Shown one piece after another: positions 57,073 to 64,000 of a DNA stretch of 64,000 nt. Positions within the stretch are counted from its first letter, which is position 1. Each line of letters starts with the position of its first letter. The position numbers were made by a program, and so were the translations under genes. The notes beneath the pieces are model-generated. The model was not told the DNA's origin and searched no databases. It saw only the letters and a list, made by a program, of their open reading frames with translations. The DNA comes from Candidatus Eiseniibacteriota bacterium (GTDB taxonomy: Bacteria; Eisenbacteria; RBG-16-71-46; CAVPCR01), in the NCBI GenBank assembly GCA_963823555.1, contig CAWGMA010000001.1, positions 2,208,001-2,272,000 on the forward strand, read 5' to 3'.

Positions 57073-59133
57073 TTGGTAACCCAGCATCGCCCGGTGGAGT
57101 CGCTCCTCGTCCGCGCCCGCGAACTTGGCATTCCCACCGAGCTCGCCCGCACCATCCAGGAGCGCGCTCACCACTACGCCCGGACCATGGAACTCGCGCC
57201 CGAGACGGCCGAGTCTCGCTTCTTCTCCGCGGCGGTGGCGGCGCGCGAGGGGAACGGAGCCACCGACCTCCTCGCGGCTGAAGCCGTTCTGCGCGAGATC
57301 GATCTCCGGGTCAACGATGTGAATCCGGAGCTCAACGTTCCCGGATCGGCGCGGATCGGGATCTTCGGCTGGGGCCTCGTCGGGCCGCAGGTGTCGACCA
57401 TCGATGAGTTCAAGGCCAAGGTGTCACAAGGCGGCACCTGGCTCGAGCCGTTCAACGGCTTCGGCCGCGACAACTTCGTGGCCGGCATCCCACGTTTCGA
57501 CTTCTCCGTTTACAAGCCCTGGATCGACGAACGGTTCGAGGCCTCCCGCTACGCCCAGATCGAGAAGAAGCTCGGCATCAACGTCAAGTTCGCCATCGGC
57601 GCTTTCATCCAGGCGCTGGGGCAGAATCCGGGAATGGAGCAGACGCTCATCGATCTCGGACTGGATGCCCACATCTATGTCGGCACCGGAGTCGGCGACA
57701 TCCCGACCATGTACCGGATCAACGTCGACTACTACAAGGCCCAGCGCCGCTGGAACCGGTACTGGGCCGCGCCGGCGCGCTGCCGGGCGTTGAGCGATTT
57801 TCTCGCTCTCGGGCCGGACGAGCGGGCGCGCTATCGCGACGAGCACGGTGTCCCGCCCGAGCCGGAAACGGCGGCCGAGCGCGCGGCGGACTCGAGTGCA
57901 GCGAGCGGCCGCGACGAAACCTATGTCGAAGAGGTCCGGGAAGCCGCCCGCGACGCCTGGGAGGCGTACTGGGCGCCGCGCTCGGAGCTCTTGGCGGAGT
58001 ACCTCGAGGAGTCGGCCCGGCTTCACGACGTGAACATCCAGGGCGATATCGAGAAGGACAAGGTCCGCGTCATCAAGAAGCGTTTACAGGAACTGAAGAA
58101 GCTCAACGAGAAGTGGGGCGTGCCGCCCGAGCCCTGGGCCTCGGTGTCGTCCAATCGCATCTGGAACATCGACAATGTGCCTGCGGCTCAGATCGCGATG
58201 CTCGGCCGTATCCACGGACCGAGCTTCGCTCCGATCGGCGCCTGTTCCGGTTTCGACATCGCGCTCGATCTCGCCACGAGCGCCATCCGCGACAATCGCG
58301 CCAAGGCGGTCGTCGTCGGCATGGTCGACCCGCCGCCGCATCCCCTCCTCGTCGGCGCCTTCTATGATGCGCGCGTGATCGCCTGCGATGGCAAGGCCTC
58401 CCTACCGCTGACCGGTTTGCGCGGCACGCATGTCTCGGGCGGCGCCCTCATCTGGATCATCGGCGATCTCGACACCATGCTCGCGAGGGGACATCGGCCG
58501 CTCGGTTGCGAGATCGTCGCCAGCGGCAGCTCCTCCGACGCCTTCCATATCATCACCCCCTCGAAGACCGGTCCCCAGCTCGCGATCAAGAAGGCGATCG
58601 AGCGCGCCCGGATTCGCCCCGAGGAGATCGACACCTGGGATCTTCACGCGACCGCGACTCCAGGCGACTGGAGCGAGGTCGAGAACACGGTGGAGATCAT
58701 CGGCACCCGGCCGGCGCTCACCGCCAAGAAGGGTGTTTTCGGGCACGGGATGTCGGTGGGAGGCGGCTGGGAGCTCACCGCCCAGCACCTGGCCATGTCC
58801 CAGGGCGTCCTCCATTCCTGCGGCATTCCTGAAGCGGAGCTCAATCCGGCGATCACCGAGCTGGCGACGAACATCGTCGCCGACCGGTCGCAAGTGTTCA
58901 GCGGCACGATCGGCGGTAAGATCAACATGGGCATCGGCGGGATCAATGGAGTCGTGATATCGAAGGTCTGGGAATTCGATCCCAGTGTGGAGCAGATGGC
59001 CGCGATCCTCGGAGTCGAGCCCGCTGAGATCAGGCGCCGGATCGATCACGGAGAGATCACCGGCTACACGGACGAGCACGGCATCGCGCGGGTGGCCTAC
59101 GCCGACTACCGGCGGCTCGCCGGTGAACCCTAG
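57073..59133 (+). CDS. Atypical beta-ketoacyl synthase with N-terminal and internal insertions and a C-terminal HTH-like domain
   Basis: IGIFGWGLVGP, YVGTGVG, catalytic GACSG, SSDAFHIITP, DLHATAT, FGHG, MGIGGING; tail SVEQMAAILGVEPAEIRRRIDHGEI. TTG start is uncertain. Confidence 0.85.
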   Translation: MVTQHRPVESLLVRARELGIPTELARTIQERAHHYARTMELAPETAESRFFSAAVAAREGNGATDLLAAEAVLREIDLRVNDVNPELNVPGSARIGIFGWGLVGPQVSTIDEFKAKVSQGGTWLEPFNGFGRDNFVAGIPRFDFSVYKPWIDERFEASRYAQIEKKLGINVKFAIGAFIQALGQNPGMEQTLIDLGLDAHIYVGTGVGDIPTMYRINVDYYKAQRRWNRYWAAPARCRALSDFLALGPDERARYRDEHGVPPEPETAAERAADSSAASGRDETYVEEVREAARDAWEAYWAPRSELLAEYLEESARLHDVNIQGDIEKDKVRVIKKRLQELKKLNEKWGVPPEPWASVSSNRIWNIDNVPAAQIAMLGRIHGPSFAPIGACSGFDIALDLATSAIRDNRAKAVVVGMVDPPPHPLLVGAFYDARVIACDGKASLPLTGLRGTHVSGGALIWIIGDLDTMLARGHRPLGCEIVASGSSSDAFHIITPSKTGPQLAIKKAIERARIRPEEIDTWDLHATATPGDWSEVENTVEIIGTRPALTAKKGVFGHGMSVGGGWELTAQHLAMSQGVLHSCGIPEAELNPAITELATNIVADRSQVFSGTIGGKINMGIGGINGVVISKVWEFDPSVEQMAAILGVEPAEIRRRIDHGEITGYTDEHGIARVAYADYRRLAGEP

Positions 59134-59148
59134 CGAGGAGCCGAAACC

Positions 59149-59313
59149 ATGCCTAGCTACGATTACAAGTGCGAGAACTGCAACAAGAAGTTCACGATCA
59201 CTTGCACCATCAGCGAACACGAGTCGAAGCGGATCACCTGTCCCAAGTGCAAGTCGCGCAAGGTCAAGCAGCAGGTGAGTTCGTTCTTCGCGGTGACGAG
59301 TCACAAGGCCTGA
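59149..59313 (+). CDS. FmdB family zinc-ribbon protein (54 aa)
   Basis: Below the ORF-track cutoff; read by hand MPSYDYKCENCNKKF..ITCPKCKSRKV, after GAGGAG. Confidence 0.9.
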   Translation: MPSYDYKCENCNKKFTITCTISEHESKRITCPKCKSRKVKQQVSSFFAVTSHKA

Positions 59314-59374
59314 CGGAACGCCGGCCCGGCGCCGCGACGAGGCGCGGGTCCCAGGCGGGGTGGGGAGGATGAGG

Positions 59375-59802
59375 ATGGCGATCCTCGGCCTCGGGGTCGA
59401 CCTGGTCGAGGTGGCGCGGTTCGAGCGAGAAGAAGCGCGCCACGGACCGGGTTTCCTTCAAGCCGTCTTTTCTCCGGCCGAGATCGCTCGCTGCGGCCGC
59501 CGTCCTGATCCCCCGCGAGCCTGGGCGACCCACTTCGCCGCCAAGGAGGCCGTGCTCAAGGCGCTCGGCACCGGACTCACGGGCCGCCTGTCCTGGCACG
59601 ACATCGAGATCGACCTGGCCGGCGCCATTCCCCTGGTCGCCCTCGGCGGAGAGGCCTCTCGCCTCGCCGCCACGATGGGGGCCGCCGGGGTCGAACTCAC
59701 CATCACCCGGACGGCCGCGCATGCAGCAGTCATGGCGGTCCTCGTCGGTGGGCAGGCCACAACCCATCCCGCGGGCCCGGATCACAGTGTTGAGGAGAGC
59801 AT

Positions 59803-59806
<4 letters not shown>
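59375..59806 (+). CDS. acpS: Holo-ACP synthase (4'-phosphopantetheinyl transferase)
   Basis: GLGVDLVEVARF, FAAKEAVLKALGTG, WHDIEI. Confidence 0.92.
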
Positions 59807-61524
<1,718 letters not shown>

Positions 61525-61564
61525 CCGGGGTGGCCGCAAGCCACGCCGCAAAGGAGTGGACTCC

Positions 61565-61818
61565 ATGGAAGAGATCATCCTCGAGTACATCCGCAACGAG
61601 TACATCGACGAGGACGAGGCCGACGACATCGAGCTCGACGAGAACACGCCGCTCATCTCGAGCGGGATCGTCGACAGCTTCAGCATGGTGAGCCTGAAGA
61701 CGCTTCCTCGAGAAGAAGTACTCGATCACGATCCCGGACGACGAGGCCACGCCCGAGGCCTTCGACACGGTGACGAGCATCATCGCTCTGGTCCAGCGGT
61801 TCCAGAAGGAGAGGCTGA
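61565..61818 (+). pseudogene. Acyl carrier protein (DltC-like, GIVDSF) with frameshift(s), likely sequence errors
   Basis: [33 protein letters not shown], then in another frame [23 protein letters not shown]. Confidence 0.85.
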
Positions 61819-61820
61819 GG

Positions 61821-63082
61821 ATGGCCTATCCGAGCGCGGTCAAGGCGGCCTACCAGTCGGATCTGGACATCGATCCGCGACCAGGGCCTCTTCAAGGAAG
61901 AGCGCTTCATCCACTCGCCGCAGTCGGCCGGAATCGAGGTCGAGTTCCCGCGCGGGCGCCGCGCCCAGGAAGGTGATCAACCTCTGCTCGAACAACTACC
62001 TGGGCCTCTCCAGCCACCCCGAGGTGGTCGCGGCCGCCCACGCGCGGCCTCGACGAGCGCGGCTACGGCATGTCCAGCGTCCGCTTCATCTGCGGCACCC
62101 AGGACATCCACCGCGAGCTCGAGCAGCAAGCTCACCGAGTTCCTCGGCACCGAGGACACGATCCTCTTCCCGAGCTGCATGGACGCCAACGCCGGCGTCT
62201 TCGAGGCGCATCCTCGGCCCCGAGGACGTCATGATCTCCGACCGGCTGGTGCACGCCAGCATCATCGACGGCATCCGCCTGTGCAAGGCCGAGCACGACA
62301 CCTACAAGCACGCCAACATGGACCACCTCGAGCAGAAGCTCGAGGAGCACCAGGACAAGCGGATCACGGCTCATCATCACCGACGGCGTGTTCTCGCATG
62401 GACGGCGACCTCGCCCCGCTCGACCAGATCGTGCGCCCTGGCCGAGAAGTACGACGCCCTGGTCTTCGTCGACGACAGCCACGCCACCGGCTTCATCGGC
62501 AAGACCGGTCGCGGCACGCACGAGCACTTCGGCGTCATCGGCAAGATCGACATCATCACCACCACCCTCGGCAAGGCGCTGGGCGGCGCCCGCGGCGGCT
62601 GCGTCTCGGGCCGCAAGGAGATCGTCGAGCTCTGCCGGCAGCGGGCGCGGCCCTACCTCTTCCGCAACGCGGTGCGCCCCGCCCATCGTCTACGCCGCGA
62701 TCAAGGTCCTCGACCTGCTCTCGGCGAGCACCGAGCGCCGCGACAAGCTCGGAGCAGAACACCGTCTTCTGGCGCAGCGGGCTGACCGAGGCCGGCTTCG
62801 TCATCAAGGAGGGCGAGAGCCCGATCGTCCCGATCATGCTCTTCAACGCCAAGCTCGCGCAGGACATGGCTCGCGCGATCTCTTCGCCGAGGGCATCTAC
62901 GTCGATCGGCTTCTTCTTCCCGGTGGTGCCGGCAGGGGCAGGCGCGGATCCGCACCCAGCTCTCGGCCGACCACGACATCCCGATGCTCGAGCGGGCGCT
63001 CGCGGCCTTCAAGAAGGTCGGCGACAAGTACGGCATCCTCGGCCTCGACAAGAAGGGGATCATCGCGAAGTACGGGAACTAG
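61821..63082 (+). pseudogene. kbl: Alpha-oxoamine synthase, glycine C-acetyltransferase (Kbl)-like, with many frameshifts
   Basis: [51 protein letters not shown] across frames; TAG at 63080-63082. Confidence 0.85.
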
Positions 63083-63126
63083 GGAGTGTGGCGCGGCCAC
63101 CCGGGCTCGCGCTAGACTCCCCACCC

Positions 63127-64000
63127 ATGGAGCCATTCGAAAGCTACGCCGATGAGATCGTGGGCCGGGCCCGTGCGGCCGCCATCGCCTTCCGCCGCCT
63201 CGACCAGGAGGCGGTGGACCGCATCGTCGAGGCCGCCTTCCGCGCCGCGTTCAACGCGCGGCGCGAGCTGGCGGAGCTCGCCGCCGAGGAGACCGGGATC
63301 GGCGTTCTCGAGCACAAGGTGGTCAAGAACGCCTGGTCGAGCCTCCTCATCTACGAGCACATCCGGCTCCAGCGCACGGTCGGGATCCTCGCCAACGACC
63401 CCGATCGCGGCATCACCGAGGTGGCGCAGCCGATCGGTCCGGTGCTCGCGCTCACCCCGCTCACCAACCCGACCTCGACGATCATCTTCAAGATCCTGAT
63501 CTGCTTGAAGACACGCAACCCGCTCATCGTGAGCCCGCATCGCGGCGCCCGCAAGTGCGGCCGCGAGACGGTGCGCGTCATGGCCGAGGCCGCCACCGCG
63601 GCCGGCGCGCCCGCGGATGCGGTGCAGGTCATGACCAAGGCGCAGATCGAGTACCTCGACGCCGTGATGCGCCACCGCAAGCTCGCGCTCATCCTCGCCA
63701 CCGGCACCCAGGCCATGGTCCGCCGCGCGCAGATGTCCGGGACACCCACGCTCGGCGTCGGCCCGGGGAACGTCCCCGTCTATGTCCATCACTCCGCCGA
63801 CATCCCCTACGCCTCGCGCATGATCGTGCACTCGAAAACCTTCGATAATGGCACGGTATGCGCGAGCGAGCAGGCGCTCGTCGTCGAGCCCGATGTCGAT
63901 CCTGAGATGCGCCGGCTCCTCGCGGAGCGCGGCGCCTACTTCTGCAACGAGGAAGAGATGCGGGCGCTGGGGCCGGTCTGCTTCGACCGCGAGAACCAGG
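63127..64000 (+). CDS. CoA-acylating aldehyde dehydrogenase (AdhE N-domain/EutE-like); runs off the window
   Basis: Read by hand: LDQEAVDRIV, EETGIG..HKVVKN, PLTNPTST, ILATG, GVGPGN, SKTFDNGTVCASEQ. Confidence 0.9.
   Translation, partial: MEPFESYADEIVGRARAAAIAFRRLDQEAVDRIVEAAFRAAFNARRELAELAAEETGIGVLEHKVVKNAWSSLLIYEHIRLQRTVGILANDPDRGITEVAQPIGPVLALTPLTNPTSTIIFKILICLKTRNPLIVSPHRGARKCGRETVRVMAEAATAAGAPADAVQVMTKAQIEYLDAVMRHRKLALILATGTQAMVRRAQMSGTPTLGVGPGNVPVYVHHSADIPYASRMIVHSKTFDNGTVCASEQALVVEPDVDPEMRRLLAERGAYFCNEEEMRALGPVCFDRENQ

Noticed and set aside
59277..59305. Third TGTGACT match on the minus strand
   Set aside because: The -10 position reads GAACTC rather than CG(T/A)CT, and it lies antisense inside the zinc-ribbon gene.

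Overview
High-GC (roughly 70%), gene-dense bacterial chromosomal segment, mostly coded on the minus strand up to ~48.6 kb and on the plus strand after that. FlgD-Ig/T9SS-like C-terminal tags, a PorV-like barrel, a TonB receptor and a TWGxIK C-terminal tail suggest a diderm FCB-affiliated lineage such as Eisenbacteria (inference). I found no rRNA, tRNA, CRISPR array or mobile element. Most notable items: (1) an ECF sigma / zinc anti-sigma / exported membrane-anchored TPR-CHAT protease operon bracketed by two copies of a TGTGACT-N16-CG(T/A)CT promoter-like motif; (2) a tandem pair of 'thymidylate kinases' beside ppx and sixA, matching the heteromeric PPK3 polyphosphate kinase layout; (3) an archaeal/eukaryote-type pheST operon; (4) a ketosynthase fused to an HTH domain, heading an acpS-acsA-ACP-kbl-acylating ALDH cluster that is full of indels, probably assembly errors; (5) a nucleotidase-HAD-TonB receptor-PorV-OB-fold operon; (6) two paralogous PKD surface proteins with different C-terminal sorting tags. 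All calls come from reading motifs by eye; no searches were run.
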